Assembly (NCBI GenBank): GCA_031280145.1
Contig: JAITHB010000033.1
Coordinates: 24,817 to 88,816 of the forward strand
DNA length: 64,000 bases
Origin: Oscillospiraceae bacterium
GTDB taxonomy: Bacteria > Bacillota > Clostridia > Christensenellales > Aristaeellaceae
Direction of reading: 5' to 3'
The notes below the pieces were generated by a model, which was not told where the DNA came from, did no database searches, and worked only from the letters and a program-made list of their open reading frames with translations. The first letter of the stretch is position 1. Each line of letters starts with the position of its first letter. The translations under genes and the position numbers were made by a program. Below are positions 1-10,016 of this stretch, in pieces.

Positions 1-1913
1 ACGAGAACGGGCTTCGTGTTGCGGCAGTTCGGGAAGTTCGGGCAGGCGAGAAACTTACCGAAGCGTCCGTTCTTGTATACCATCATCGCGCCGCAGTTCT
101 CGCACCGAACATCTGACACGACAGGCACTTCGGGAATCTTTTCAATCGTTTCTTCCGCAACCTTCAAATCTTCCGAAAAGCTTCCGTAGAACCCGCGAAT
201 CACGTTCTTCCACGGAATCTCGCTGTCTTCCACGTGGTCAAGCTTGGACTCCATATCGGACGTGAACTTCTCATCCACAATGTCCTTGAAGTATTGGCAC
301 ATCATGCTTGTGACCATGCGCCCAAGCTCCGTCGGAACGAGCCTGCTCTTCTCGCGCAGAACGTATCCTCGCGCGATAATCGTGGAGATTGTCGGCGCGT
401 ATGTGCTGGGGCGGCCGATACCCTTTTCCTCCAAAGCGCGAACCAGGCTGGCTTCGGTGAAGCGCGGCGGCGGCGCGGTGAAGTGCTGCTCGCTTTGAAT
501 CTCAGAAAGTGTCACCGCTATGCCGGGTTCAAGGCGCGGCATCTTATTGTCGACGACAGGCGCTTCCTCATCGCTGCCTTCCTCATAACACGCGGTGAAG
601 CCCGCGAACGTCTTCTTCTCCGAATAGAAGCGGAACACGATTCTGTCGGAAACAATTTCCGCAGTCATAGTCTCAAACAGCGCGGGGTTCATCTGGCTTG
701 CGAGGAAGCGCAGGTAGATGAGTTTGTAAAGATTGAACTGGTCCTTTGTCAGCGATTCCTTTATGCTTTCGGGAGCGCGCGAAATTTCAGTCGGGCGCAC
801 GGCTTCGTGCGCGTCCTGCGCGTCCTTCCTGCCCTTGTAGACAATCGCCTTCTCGGGAAGGTACGCGTCGCCGTATTTGTCGCGGATCCTCTCGCGGACG
901 GCGTCCAACGCATCGTCCGAAACGCGCACGGAGTCTGTTCTCATGTATGAGATAAGCCCCTGTGTGCCTTCTTCCTTAAGGTCGACGCCTTCGTAGAGGG
1001 TCTGCGCGATCTGCATCGTCTTGGCGGTGGAAAAGCGGAGCTTGCGCGAGGCTTCCTGCTGAAGGCTTGACGTGGTGAACGGCGGAGCGGGGTTCTTGTG
1101 CTTCTCGCCGCGCTTTTGCGACGCGACTTTGTATTCGCCGCCGTTTATTATTGCTTCCGCGGAACGCGCTTCCGCTTCGTTCTTTATCTTCGCTTTAACG
1201 CCGCCGACGGTGTCCAGCCTAAGCTTAAGCTTCTGACCGTCCGCCACGGCTTCCGCTGAGATATCCCAGTATTCTTCGGGAACGAACGCGTCAATCTCGT
1301 CCTCGCGGTCTACGATTATGCGCGCCGCGACAGACTGAACGCGCCCCGCGGACAATCCCTTGCGCACCTTCGCCCACAGAAGCGGGCTTATGTTATAGCC
1401 GACCAACCTGTCAAGGACGCGGCGCGCTTGCTGCGCGTCGACCAGCGACATGTCGATTGGACGCGGCGAAGTTATCGCCGCTTTAACCGCCTTTTTGGTT
1501 ATCTCCTGGAACGTTACGCGGCACTTGTCGGCGGGATCGACGCCGAGTATGCTCGCCAGATGCCACGATATGGCTTCGCCTTCGCGGTCAGGGTCTGTCG
1601 CGAGAAGCACGCCCGACGCGTTCTTCGCTTCCTTGCGTATCTTGCCCAGCACGTCGCCGCGCCCGCGTATCGTGATATACTTAGGCTCGAAGTCGTTCTC
1701 CACATCGACGCCCATCTGACTTTTGGGCAGGTCGCGTATGTGACCGTTCGACGCTTCGACATGGTATCCGCGTCCGAGGTATTTTCCGATCGTCTTGGCT
1801 TTCGCGGGCGACTCGACTATAACAAGCTTATACTTGTTTTCTCTTTTGACTTCTTTTTTGGTTTCTTTTTTTGCGGGCTTTACGGTTTTCAACACTGCTT
1901 TTGCGTCCGGCAC
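1..1913 (-). CDS. topA: DNA topoisomerase I, N-terminal ~637 codons; the 3' end runs off the left edge of the window
   Basis: Absent from the ORF track because there is no stop in the window. My reverse-strand translation from GTG at 1913 (GAGGA about 5 nt upstream) reads KLVIVESPAKAKTIGKYLGRGYHVEASNGHIRDLP...LATDPDREGEAISWH...DAQQARRVLDRLVGYNISPLLW, which is the Toprim plus topo IA core. It lies directly downstream of dprA. Confidence 0.9.
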   Translation of the reverse strand, partial: MPDAKAVLKTVKPAKKETKKEVKRENKYKLVIVESPAKAKTIGKYLGRGYHVEASNGHIRDLPKSQMGVDVENDFEPKYITIRGRGDVLGKIRKEAKNASGVLLATDPDREGEAISWHLASILGVDPADKCRVTFQEITKKAVKAAITSPRPIDMSLVDAQQARRVLDRLVGYNISPLLWAKVRKGLSAGRVQSVAARIIVDREDEIDAFVPEEYWDISAEAVADGQKLKLRLDTVGGVKAKIKNEAEARSAEAIINGGEYKVASQKRGEKHKNPAPPFTTSSLQQEASRKLRFSTAKTMQIAQTLYEGVDLKEEGTQGLISYMRTDSVRVSDDALDAVRERIRDKYGDAYLPEKAIVYKGRKDAQDAHEAVRPTEISRAPESIKESLTKDQFNLYKLIYLRFLASQMNPALFETMTAEIVSDRIVFRFYSEKKTFAGFTACYEEGSDEEAPVVDNKMPRLEPGIAVTLSEIQSEQHFTAPPPRFTEASLVRALEEKGIGRPSTYAPTISTIIARGYVLREKSRLVPTELGRMVTSMMCQYFKDIVDEKFTSDMESKLDHVEDSEIPWKNVIRGFYGSFSEDLKVAEETIEKIPEVPVVSDVRCENCGAMMVYKNGRFGKFLACPNFPNCRNTKPVL

Positions 1914-1964
1914 AATTATCCTCACTGGTGCATTATTTTATCATCATTGTATCACGAAACCCCA

Positions 1965-3113
1965 TCAGATTATTCCTTCCAATTGAAGCGTTGTCAAGAT
2001 GGAATTCACTTCCGACGCGGAAATTCCGCAACTTATCACAATTCTATCAACATCCGTCGTTCCGCCTACGTAAAGCTCGTAAACTTTCCGCTCGCTTTCA
2101 GACAGATTCGGCGGCTCTTGCGGCTTTACTTGGACAGGCGCAACCAAAACCTGCTGCGGCTTCTCGTCGCTTGAACGCTTCTTACTGCGCGTCTTCGGCT
2201 TGGTTTCTTCGGCCGCCTCAGGCTCTTCGGCAAGCTTCACTTCAAAGCCCAAATCCTGAGCGATATCGTATGCGCTCGTGATAATCCTCGCGCCGTCCCG
2301 TGCGAGACCGTTTGGCAGCTCGCTCTTCGCCTCGAAGATTGAACCCGGCAGAACGAATATCTCGCGCCCTTGCTCGCCCGCAATGTCCGCGGTGACGCGC
2401 GCCCCGCTCTTCCACGCGCCTTGCACGACAAGCGTTCCGCGGGACATGCCCGAAATTATTCTGTTGCGCGCGGGAAACCTGCCGGGAAGCGGCATTACGC
2501 CGGGCGGATATTCGGATATCACGGTTCCGCCGTTATCCAGAAGCCGCTTGCAGAAATCCTTGTTCTTGGGCGGATAGATATAATCCACGCCGCACGCGAA
2601 CACCGCGACCGTGTGTCCGCCTGCGTCCAGACATCCCTTGTGCGCCGCGCTGTCAATACCCAGCGCGAAGCCCGATACAATCGTGAAGCCGAGCGAAGTC
2701 AAGTCTCGCGCGACGAGCTCCGCCGCCTGCAACCCGTATTGCGTGGGGTTGCGCGTTCCGACAATCGCCACGCACATATCGGTATCCAGATTGTCATTGC
2801 CCAAAACATACAGTATCGGCGGTCGATTGTCAACACATTTAAGCAGCGGCGGATACAGCGGATCATCGTCGAACACCGCCCTCGCACCAATCTTGTCCAG
2901 AAGCTCCATCTGACGGAGCGCCTTATCCTTGTCGCGCGCTCCCTTTATTGCTTCATACGCCGCCTTACCTACCCACGCGAGCGAATCGTCGAAGCATCGC
3001 CACACGGTCTCCGCGCTGCCGTACTTCGCCAGCAGCCTGTTATACGCGGTCGGACCCACGTTCTCGATTCCCGCAAGCCACATGCGGAAGTACTGCTCGC
3101 TCGTATACTTCAT
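1965..3113 (-). CDS. dprA: DNA-processing protein DprA/Smf
   Basis: 382 aa ORF. Rossmann-like core with SGFALGIDSAAHKG and VVQGAWKSGA, plus a C-terminal winged-helix tail. ATGA overlap with the upstream comM stop. Confidence 0.9.
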   Translation of the reverse strand: MKYTSEQYFRMWLAGIENVGPTAYNRLLAKYGSAETVWRCFDDSLAWVGKAAYEAIKGARDKDKALRQMELLDKIGARAVFDDDPLYPPLLKCVDNRPPILYVLGNDNLDTDMCVAIVGTRNPTQYGLQAAELVARDLTSLGFTIVSGFALGIDSAAHKGCLDAGGHTVAVFACGVDYIYPPKNKDFCKRLLDNGGTVISEYPPGVMPLPGRFPARNRIISGMSRGTLVVQGAWKSGARVTADIAGEQGREIFVLPGSIFEAKSELPNGLARDGARIITSAYDIAQDLGFEVKLAEEPEAAEETKPKTRSKKRSSDEKPQQVLVAPVQVKPQEPPNLSESERKVYELYVGGTTDVDRIVISCGISASEVNSILTTLQLEGII

Positions 3114-4663
3114 TGCGGCGACCCCGACCCCGACCCATCCATGGAGCTTTGCAGACGATACGCCAGCGCTTCCGAAACATGTACTGCGGAAATCTCAGCC
3201 TCGCCCGCGAGGTCCGCAATCGTCCTTGCCACGCGCATAACGCGGTAGTGCGAACGAGCGGATAAGCGGAAGCGTTCGGTCGCCTTGGCAAGCAGGACGC
3301 GCGGCTGTTCCGCAAGACGAATAACCTCGTTCAGCATTCGCGAATCCAAGTTTGCGTTCGAGGTTACGCCCAGCCTTCCGTTCCTTTTTATCTGAACCCG
3401 TCTCGCGCGGTTCACCCTCTCGCGAACCGCCGCGGAAGTCTCCGCGCCGTCCGCGCTTTCCGAAAGATCGGCGACAGGCACGCTGCGAACGTTCACGCGC
3501 AAGTCTATCCTGTCAAGAAGCGGACCCGAAACCTTCGACTGATACTTCTGAACAGAGTCGTACAAGCATGTGCACCTGCCGTCGTTCGTTCCATGGTATC
3601 CGCAGTGGCAGGGATTCATCGCGGCGATAAGCATAACTCGCGCGGGGTATTCGTTTGCCGCGTGAACGCGGGCGACCGAGACGCGGCCGTTCTCCAGCGG
3701 CTGGCGCAGAGCCTCCAGCACGCGCTTGTCATATTCGGGCAGTTCGTCAAGGAAGAGTATGCCGTTGTGCGCGTACGATATTTCACCGGGCGACGCGTCC
3801 TTTCCGCCGCCTACGAGCGACGCGGCGGACGCGGTGTGATGAGGGTTTCTGAACGGACGCTCCGTAAGCATGGACGCGCCTTCGGGAAGGCGTCCCGCGC
3901 CGGAATATATCTTGGTCGTCTCGAGAGCTTCTTCAAACGTCATGTCGGGAAGAATGGACGGCATACACTCCGCGAGCATCGTCTTGCCCGAACCGGGCGG
4001 ACCCACCATCAACAGATTGTGTCCGCCCGCCGCCGCTATTTCAAGCGCGCGTTTGGCTTCATGCTGACCCTTAACATAGCGCAGATCGTGCAGAACCGCA
4101 GCCTCGCGCCGAAGCGATTCATACGGAACGGGAGTAAGCGGCGTAATGCGCTGTTTCCCGCGAAGATGGTCCACCACCTGCGCGAGAGAGGTTGCGGGCA
4201 GAAGCTGAATCTTATCTATGCACAGCACTTCGCGCGCGTTCGATTCAGGCAGAACCATGGCGGAAAGCCCGTGTTCCAGCGCGAACAGCGCGCCCGCCAA
4301 CGCGCCGCGGGTGACGCGAACCTCTCCCGACAGCGCCAGCTCTCCGACAAACAAAGTGCCCGCCAGAACGTCGGGCGAAATGTATCCCGAAGCCGCGAGA
4401 AGCCCGAGCGCAATCGGAAGGTCGTACATACTGCCGATCTTCTTTATGTGCGCGGGAGCCAGATTTACCACGATATTGCCGAGCGGAAACCTCATGCCGC
4501 TGTTCGAGAGCGCGGTCTTCACGCGGTCGAACGATTCCTTAACGGCGGCGTCGGGAAGCCCGACCATAGAAAACTTGGGCATTCCGCCCGAACAGTTGAC
4601 GTCTATTGTGACAGGGTATCCGTCCATTCCCGATAATCCGTATGACACGACCTGCGCGAACAA
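3110..4663 (-). CDS. comM: YifB/ComM family Mg-chelatase-like AAA+ ATPase
   Basis: Lon-like N-domain, Walker A GPPGSGKT, Walker B LFLDELPE, and a Cys cluster NPCHCGYHG..CTC. Start re-set to TTG 4663 (GGGAGGA 7 nt upstream), giving the canonical (M)FAQVVSYGL N-terminus. The track ORF extends to 4699. Confidence 0.9.
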   Translation of the reverse strand: MFAQVVSYGLSGMDGYPVTIDVNCSGGMPKFSMVGLPDAAVKESFDRVKTALSNSGMRFPLGNIVVNLAPAHIKKIGSMYDLPIALGLLAASGYISPDVLAGTLFVGELALSGEVRVTRGALAGALFALEHGLSAMVLPESNAREVLCIDKIQLLPATSLAQVVDHLRGKQRITPLTPVPYESLRREAAVLHDLRYVKGQHEAKRALEIAAAGGHNLLMVGPPGSGKTMLAECMPSILPDMTFEEALETTKIYSGAGRLPEGASMLTERPFRNPHHTASAASLVGGGKDASPGEISYAHNGILFLDELPEYDKRVLEALRQPLENGRVSVARVHAANEYPARVMLIAAMNPCHCGYHGTNDGRCTCLYDSVQKYQSKVSGPLLDRIDLRVNVRSVPVADLSESADGAETSAAVRERVNRARRVQIKRNGRLGVTSNANLDSRMLNEVIRLAEQPRVLLAKATERFRLSARSHYRVMRVARTIADLAGEAEISAVHVSEALAYRLQSSMDGSGSGSPQ

Positions 4664-4720
4664 ATTTGTTTCCTCCCAACTCCTTCCATATGCCGTCATT
4701 TGTGCGAATCGAAACGCGCA

Positions 4721-5122
4721 TCATTTTTCAATAGGGTTATTGAACACAAGCAGCTTGCTTCCGACAAAGTTTATCACGACCGAAACGACGGTGCTGATTA
4801 TTCCCGCCCACAGGCGCGTCATGGCAAGCGTATCCGTCAACAGCCAAACAGTAAGGGTCGACGCGCCGAGCGATACCAAATTCAACAGAATGAACCGCGC
4901 GACCTGCGAAGCCGTCAGACGTTCCTTCTGCCTGAACGTAAACTTAGTGTTCGCGAACAGGCTGAACACCATTCCCGCGGCGTATCCAATGACCCACGCC
5001 GCAGGCTCGCTGAGTTTCAGAAGAAGGTTGAACAGACCGTTCGTGATGAGCGTGTTTATCGCGCCCACCATGCCGAAGCGTATCGCCTGAAAGAATAACG
5101 GTTTGTATTTTTGAATCATCAA
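4721..5122 (-). CDS. GtrA-family small membrane protein (candidate polyprenyl-phosphate-sugar translocase component)
   Basis: 133 aa with four hydrophobic segments. The N-terminus FQAIRFGMVGAINTLITNGLFNLL is typical of the GtrA-like family. It starts 6 nt after the stop of the giant glycosyltransferase. Confidence 0.75.
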   Translation of the reverse strand: MMIQKYKPLFFQAIRFGMVGAINTLITNGLFNLLLKLSEPAAWVIGYAAGMVFSLFANTKFTFRQKERLTASQVARFILLNLVSLGASTLTVWLLTDTLAMTRLWAGIISTVVSVVINFVGSKLLVFNNPIEK

Positions 5123-5128
5123 TTCACC

Positions 5129-8100
5129 TTAATAAAACATCCAGCCTGTATACGGCCAACCCGGCAGCCTCAGCCACGAGAACCAGTTCATTGCGTTGGC
5201 ATATTCCCTCTTCATCAGAACGCCCGTCGCGAACGGATAGAACGCTATAAACAGTATTGCCGCCGCCGTGATTATCACGCCCTGCAGAACCTTCGACAGC
5301 GCGGACGCGCTGCGCTGCGTCCTCATCACGCAGTAGACCAAGCACAGCATGATGAACGGCGTACTTGCGAAATAGTGATAGATGAACGTGCTGCGCGGCA
5401 CAAGCACCCACGGCAGGAACTCCGCGAGGAAACCAATCACGAGCAGCGATGGGACATAGTCACGTCTGCGTTCAAGAGCCGCTTTCTCCGAGCGCCCATC
5501 AAACTCGCGCCGCGGCAGTAAGTCTTGCGAGCCTTTTGTTATCCAACGGCGGAACACCAGCACGAGACCGACGAAGCCGCTCCACCACACCGCGGGGTTG
5601 CCGAACGTCAGTATCGTGGACACATAACCCGCAGGCTCGAAGTTGCCGTTGTAAAACCACATAGGCTTTAAGATCAGCGGCCACTCGTACCACTTGGACT
5701 TAAACGCGTGTGTGTCGACCAGTTGGCTGTGATACCACAGCATCGACGTCTGCGCGTCCCATACGCGCTTGAGCGTGAAAGCGGAGGTCGCGGTTATGTC
5801 GGGAATATACGCCAGAATGTAAACAGCCAATGGAACGACGATAAACCAGAGAACGCACCACAGAATAGTTATGAGCATTGCGCGCGGATATAGTGCGGCG
5901 CGCGCCGCAAACTCTTTATCGCCCTGCGCTCTTCCGGCCGCCATATATTCGCGCAGCCGCTGAATCATCGACCAGAACACTATAACCGCAAGCCCCGCCG
6001 CGGCGTATATGCCGATCCATTTGGAAGCGATCGCGCCCGACATCATAAGACCCGACATCGCGAGCGGGAACAGCGTCTTCTTCACGCCGTCGCGGAAGAA
6101 GCTCATGCTGAAGTAGCGCGCCATGAACGCATACATAAGTATAATAAACAGAACGGGATAGCTGTCGATGGTGGCTATGCGCGTCTGCGTCAGGTGCATG
6201 CAGTCCAGCGCGAGAAGCATCGCGGCGAACGCAGCCCAGCGCGTCTTCTTGAACAGCTGCATGGCGAAATAATACATTGCGGGAATCATCAGCACACCCG
6301 CGAGCGTGCCGGGGAAGCGCCAGCCGAACGGCGTCATGCCGAACGCCTTGATACTCAGCATGATGAAAACCTTGCCGAGCGGCGGGTGAGAGGTTTCAAG
6401 CGGGTTCATCTTGTGCAGGTATTCAAAGCCGGTGCGCGCATGGTATATCTCGTCGAAGTAGGTGCCGTTCATGTAAGACGGCGCGTCCGGCGCCATCTCT
6501 TGCTCGTCGACAATTTCGGCTGCGGTGGAAGAAACAATCGGGATTGCGTTCCCTTCCAAGTCGAGAGGAACAACCTCGAACAGCATCGTATTGCCAAGCT
6601 CGGGCGTTATCTTGATGAACCGCGCCTTGAACGTCTGCGGGAACTGATCATGATAGCTGCGCTTCCCTTCCGAATCCACCGCGGACGGAACCACATAGTG
6701 CCAAGTGAAGCAATTCTCTCTCACCGAAGCCATGAACTCGTCGTCGTACACTTCGCCCATTAAGCTTGTCGAGAATGAGATATCGCCCGGCGCGATTCCG
6801 CAGTAGTACATCACGCGGAATTCCTGTATCTTGCCAAGGTCGAGAACTATCTCTTCGCGCGCCTTCATCGTAGTCCACGTCTGCGGCGCGACCGTGTCGC
6901 CAAGCCCCCAGAACGCGACGACGCCGTACGCTATCGTGATTGCGCAGACGGTTATATAGTCCCATCTCGTATAGCGCGTCTTGTAATCCGATTGGCCGAG
7001 TACGCGCTCGCGAAGCTCTGGCGCGTCCATTGAGAAACGCTTCTCGATATTCTTCCGTATCAAACCGATTCTGCCTTGCGCTTGATTAGCGTCGTCAGGA
7101 AGAATATCCGCGAGCTGCGTTCTGTTAAACAGGCAGATATCGACAGCAGTCCACACGGCGAACGCGCCGAGCAGCAGATTGATTGCGGACAGCGCGTATC
7201 CGAGATTCACGACCCACATATCGCCGCCCATATGCTCGTACATCAGAACGCACCATACATTCACGAACATCGTGACGGAGAGCGCGCCGAACAGGATTAG
7301 CAGCCGTCCGTCCCTGTCACGCGCGTATGCAAGCAGCAGCAGGACAATCGCGGGGAAAAGGTATCGCTCGTGCATCCTGTAAGCGAATAGGAACAGCAGA
7401 AAGAACAGCATCGCGCCGACCAGATATATGCGCTTCGCGTCCCTCGCCTTCCAATAGAGGTAAACGCAGAAGGCGACGGCGATTGCGATGAGGATAGGCG
7501 CAATCACATTGAACGTAAGCCATGAGACTCCCGCTATCGCCGTCGTCGTCTCAACCCAGTTCGCGCCCAGCAGGTAGTAGAGGTTCGGAGCGTTCACCGT
7601 GGCGTAGTCGTAGGAATTCATCGTGCCGAGGTATTTCTCCGGCAGGAACGACCAGCCGTGTTCTATCGTAAACGGGAAGATTATCACGTAACAGATAACA
7701 GCTCCCGCAAGCAAACCGACGCCCGCGCGCTCCCACGCTTTCTTCGCCCACTTTTGCTTATGCAGATGGATGAGCAGCGCGGCAAGCGCCATCGGCACGA
7801 ACAGCACGGCTTGCGGCTTGATGAGGATGGTCGCCATGAATATGGGTATCGCCGTCACCATGTCGTCCTTCGACACGCGCCAAAGCGTCAGCAAAAGACC
7901 CAGCGCGAGGATGGAATCCACCTGTCCCCACGCGCCCGTGACGAGAACCGCGGGGTTGAATGCGTACAGCAGCGCGAGAACGTATCCGATTCCGTCGCCC
8001 TTATTCTTCTTAAAGCTAAAGTTGCCGCCGATCTTCCACAAAAGCCACACGATCGCGAGATCCGCGATTATCGGGTAAATTTTAACGAGCATCTGCACGG

Positions 8101-9043
8101 CGGAATCGGAGAACGTTCCGCTGTTCAGTATCGCGCCGATCGGCGCGAGCAACAGGATGTAACCCGGCGGATAGTCGCAGAAATAATCGGGAGCGTAGAA
8201 CCCGCCCGGTCCTATCGACGCGATTCGCTGCGCCCACGCGCGGAAACAATTTATGTCCACGCCGTAGCCCTGCGTGGTATATGCCAGCCACACGCGCAGA
8301 ATCAGCGCGGCCGCGATTATTATCGGCAGCGCGTACTTGTTCTTCTTCGTAAAGAATACCGCGAGCAGCGCGGCGGTGAATATCGGAAGCAGAACCCAAA
8401 GCTTCTGCCTGCCCGTCGCGTCTTTCGCTATTGGGTTTATCGCGGCGGGCGGAACATACGGCGTCGGTTCTTTAAGCTCGAAGGAATTCGCGCCTACAGG
8501 CGGGTCTTCCTTCACCATCTCTATGTCGTCGAACCACGCAACGCCCGTCGAAACGTTGCTGTAGCCGCCAAGGCGCACCGCAAGCTCCGCCGCCTTTTGA
8601 CCCTTATATGTTTTGAAATAAACGGTATAGCTTTCCCACTCGCCGTTTGTGTCGCGAAGTGTCGGAAGCGACACGTAACTGCCGAGTATGGAAATGTTCG
8701 CGCCATACTCGTATTCGGGGACGGCTTGCGCGCGAACCATACCCGACACGCGATACCACGTCTCAGGCTCGACGTTCACCACTTGTATGAACCTTGCGTC
8801 GTTCAGCCCGATGTTCTCGACGCGCACGCAGTTGCCGCCGTCCGCGCCTTCCCGCACGACGGTCAGATCGCTGTAGCCGTCTCTCTCGTACATGTCGCGC
8901 ATCCAGTATACGGGGACTTCCTCTTCCACTTCCTCAAAGCCGCCGTTGTTAATGAGGTTTGATGAAGCGGAAGCCGCGAAAGCGGGCGCAGCCGCCGTGA
9001 ACATCAACACAAGCAGAAAACATATAATAAAAGTCTTGCGCAT
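5129..9043 (-). CDS. Very large multi-domain membrane glycosyltransferase: signal/anchor, CBM-like jelly-roll, first GT-C-like polytopic module, discoidin-like insert, PMT/GT39-like module with 4TMC-like tail
   Basis: Single uninterrupted ORF. Start set to ATG 9043 (GAGGTG upstream); the track start at 9055 is a TTG. Motifs: NLINNGGFEE...WFDDIEMV; YGVDINCFRAWAQRI..DYPPGYILLL; TYFDEIYHARTGFEYL..HPPLGK; WYEWPLILKPMWFY. Confidence 0.75.
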   Translation of the reverse strand: MRKTFIICFLLVLMFTAAAPAFAASASSNLINNGGFEEVEEEVPVYWMRDMYERDGYSDLTVVREGADGGNCVRVENIGLNDARFIQVVNVEPETWYRVSGMVRAQAVPEYEYGANISILGSYVSLPTLRDTNGEWESYTVYFKTYKGQKAAELAVRLGGYSNVSTGVAWFDDIEMVKEDPPVGANSFELKEPTPYVPPAAINPIAKDATGRQKLWVLLPIFTAALLAVFFTKKNKYALPIIIAAALILRVWLAYTTQGYGVDINCFRAWAQRIASIGPGGFYAPDYFCDYPPGYILLLAPIGAILNSGTFSDSAVQMLVKIYPIIADLAIVWLLWKIGGNFSFKKNKGDGIGYVLALLYAFNPAVLVTGAWGQVDSILALGLLLTLWRVSKDDMVTAIPIFMATILIKPQAVLFVPMALAALLIHLHKQKWAKKAWERAGVGLLAGAVICYVIIFPFTIEHGWSFLPEKYLGTMNSYDYATVNAPNLYYLLGANWVETTTAIAGVSWLTFNVIAPILIAIAVAFCVYLYWKARDAKRIYLVGAMLFFLLFLFAYRMHERYLFPAIVLLLLAYARDRDGRLLILFGALSVTMFVNVWCVLMYEHMGGDMWVVNLGYALSAINLLLGAFAVWTAVDICLFNRTQLADILPDDANQAQGRIGLIRKNIEKRFSMDAPELRERVLGQSDYKTRYTRWDYITVCAITIAYGVVAFWGLGDTVAPQTWTTMKAREEIVLDLGKIQEFRVMYYCGIAPGDISFSTSLMGEVYDDEFMASVRENCFTWHYVVPSAVDSEGKRSYHDQFPQTFKARFIKITPELGNTMLFEVVPLDLEGNAIPIVSSTAAEIVDEQEMAPDAPSYMNGTYFDEIYHARTGFEYLHKMNPLETSHPPLGKVFIMLSIKAFGMTPFGWRFPGTLAGVLMIPAMYYFAMQLFKKTRWAAFAAMLLALDCMHLTQTRIATIDSYPVLFIILMYAFMARYFSMSFFRDGVKKTLFPLAMSGLMMSGAIASKWIGIYAAAGLAVIVFWSMIQRLREYMAAGRAQGDKEFAARAALYPRAMLITILWCVLWFIVVPLAVYILAYIPDITATSAFTLKRVWDAQTSMLWYHSQLVDTHAFKSKWYEWPLILKPMWFYNGNFEPAGYVSTILTFGNPAVWWSGFVGLVLVFRRWITKGSQDLLPRREFDGRSEKAALERRRDYVPSLLVIGFLAEFLPWVLVPRSTFIYHYFASTPFIMLCLVYCVMRTQRSASALSKVLQGVIITAAAILFIAFYPFATGVLMKREYANAMNWFSWLRLPGWPYTGWMFY

Positions 9044-9051
9044 ATCGCACC

Positions 9052-9429
9052 TCAACTTTCGTATGGTAAATCAAACGCTCGGCGTATGTGGATTATTCTG
9101 TCCGCGAAAACCTCTATAACATCAAAACGAACGAACTTGTCAAAAGCTTCGTTTTCCGCCAAATATTGTTCCGCCGCCGCGATTATCCGCGCCTGCTTCA
9201 CAGCCGTCACTGCTTCTCTTGGCGGCGTATCATACAGCGTTCCTCGCGCCTTCACTTCAACGACGACTATTCCGCCGCCGTTCTCCGCGATAATATCTAT
9301 CTCGTTATGCCCCGCGCGGTAGTTCCGCGCGAGAATGGCGTAACCTTGCGCCGACAGATAATCCGCCGCCAACTGTTCGCCTGACGCGCCGACCGACTTC
9401 TTGCGCCGATCGGCGTTCGGAACGCTCAC
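9052..9429 (-). CDS. yraN: YraN family (UPF0102) endonuclease-like protein
   Basis: 125 aa with GEQLAADYLSAQGYAILARNYR..EIDIIAE....VVVEVKAR, a PD-(D/E)xK-like core. GTG start overlaps the rnhB stop (GTGA). Confidence 0.85.
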   Translation of the reverse strand: MSVPNADRRKKSVGASGEQLAADYLSAQGYAILARNYRAGHNEIDIIAENGGGIVVVEVKARGTLYDTPPREAVTAVKQARIIAAAEQYLAENEAFDKFVRFDVIEVFADRIIHIRRAFDLPYES

Positions 9430-10016
9430 GCGTGGTCCTGAAGGCTGCGCAGAAAATGCTTGCGGTGAACATCGGACGCGCCGCAGCGCAGTATCGCCGC
9501 ATAATGCTCCGCTGTTCCATATCCCTTATGCCTGGCAAAACCGTATTCGGGATAGAGCTTGTCAAGCTCCGTCATATACTTATCCCTCGCCACCTTCGCG
9601 ACGATTGACGCCGCCGCGACGGCATACGACGTGCGGTCGCCTTTAGGCAGGCATTCCATGCGTTTATCAGAATCGAACGCCTGTTTGCCGTCAACAAGAA
9701 TCAGGTCGCAGACCGCGCCTTCCGCTGCTCGCTTCATCGCGAGAAGCGAAGCGTTTAATATATTCAAACGCAGAATTTCCTCAACCGAAGCCGTGCCGAC
9801 GCCGACGAAAACGGCTTTCGCGCGGATTTGCCCGTCCAGCAGCTCGCGGCGCTTAGGCAAGAGGGCTTTTGAATCGTTTATTCCGTCGATGAATTCAGGA
9901 AGAACAACACACGCCGCGAACACGGGACCCGCAAGGCTTCCGCGCCCCGCTTCATCCACGCCCGCAACCGTTTCCCCTATATACTCATCAAACTCAAACA
10001 GCTTTCGAGTTATCAT
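9426..10016 (-). CDS. rnhB: Ribonuclease HII
   Basis: 196 aa with the GVDEAGRGSLAGPV catalytic motif and DSKALLPKRRE. ATGA overlap with rbgA. Confidence 0.95.
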   Translation of the reverse strand: MITRKLFEFDEYIGETVAGVDEAGRGSLAGPVFAACVVLPEFIDGINDSKALLPKRRELLDGQIRAKAVFVGVGTASVEEILRLNILNASLLAMKRAAEGAVCDLILVDGKQAFDSDKRMECLPKGDRTSYAVAAASIVAKVARDKYMTELDKLYPEYGFARHKGYGTAEHYAAILRCGASDVHRKHFLRSLQDHA

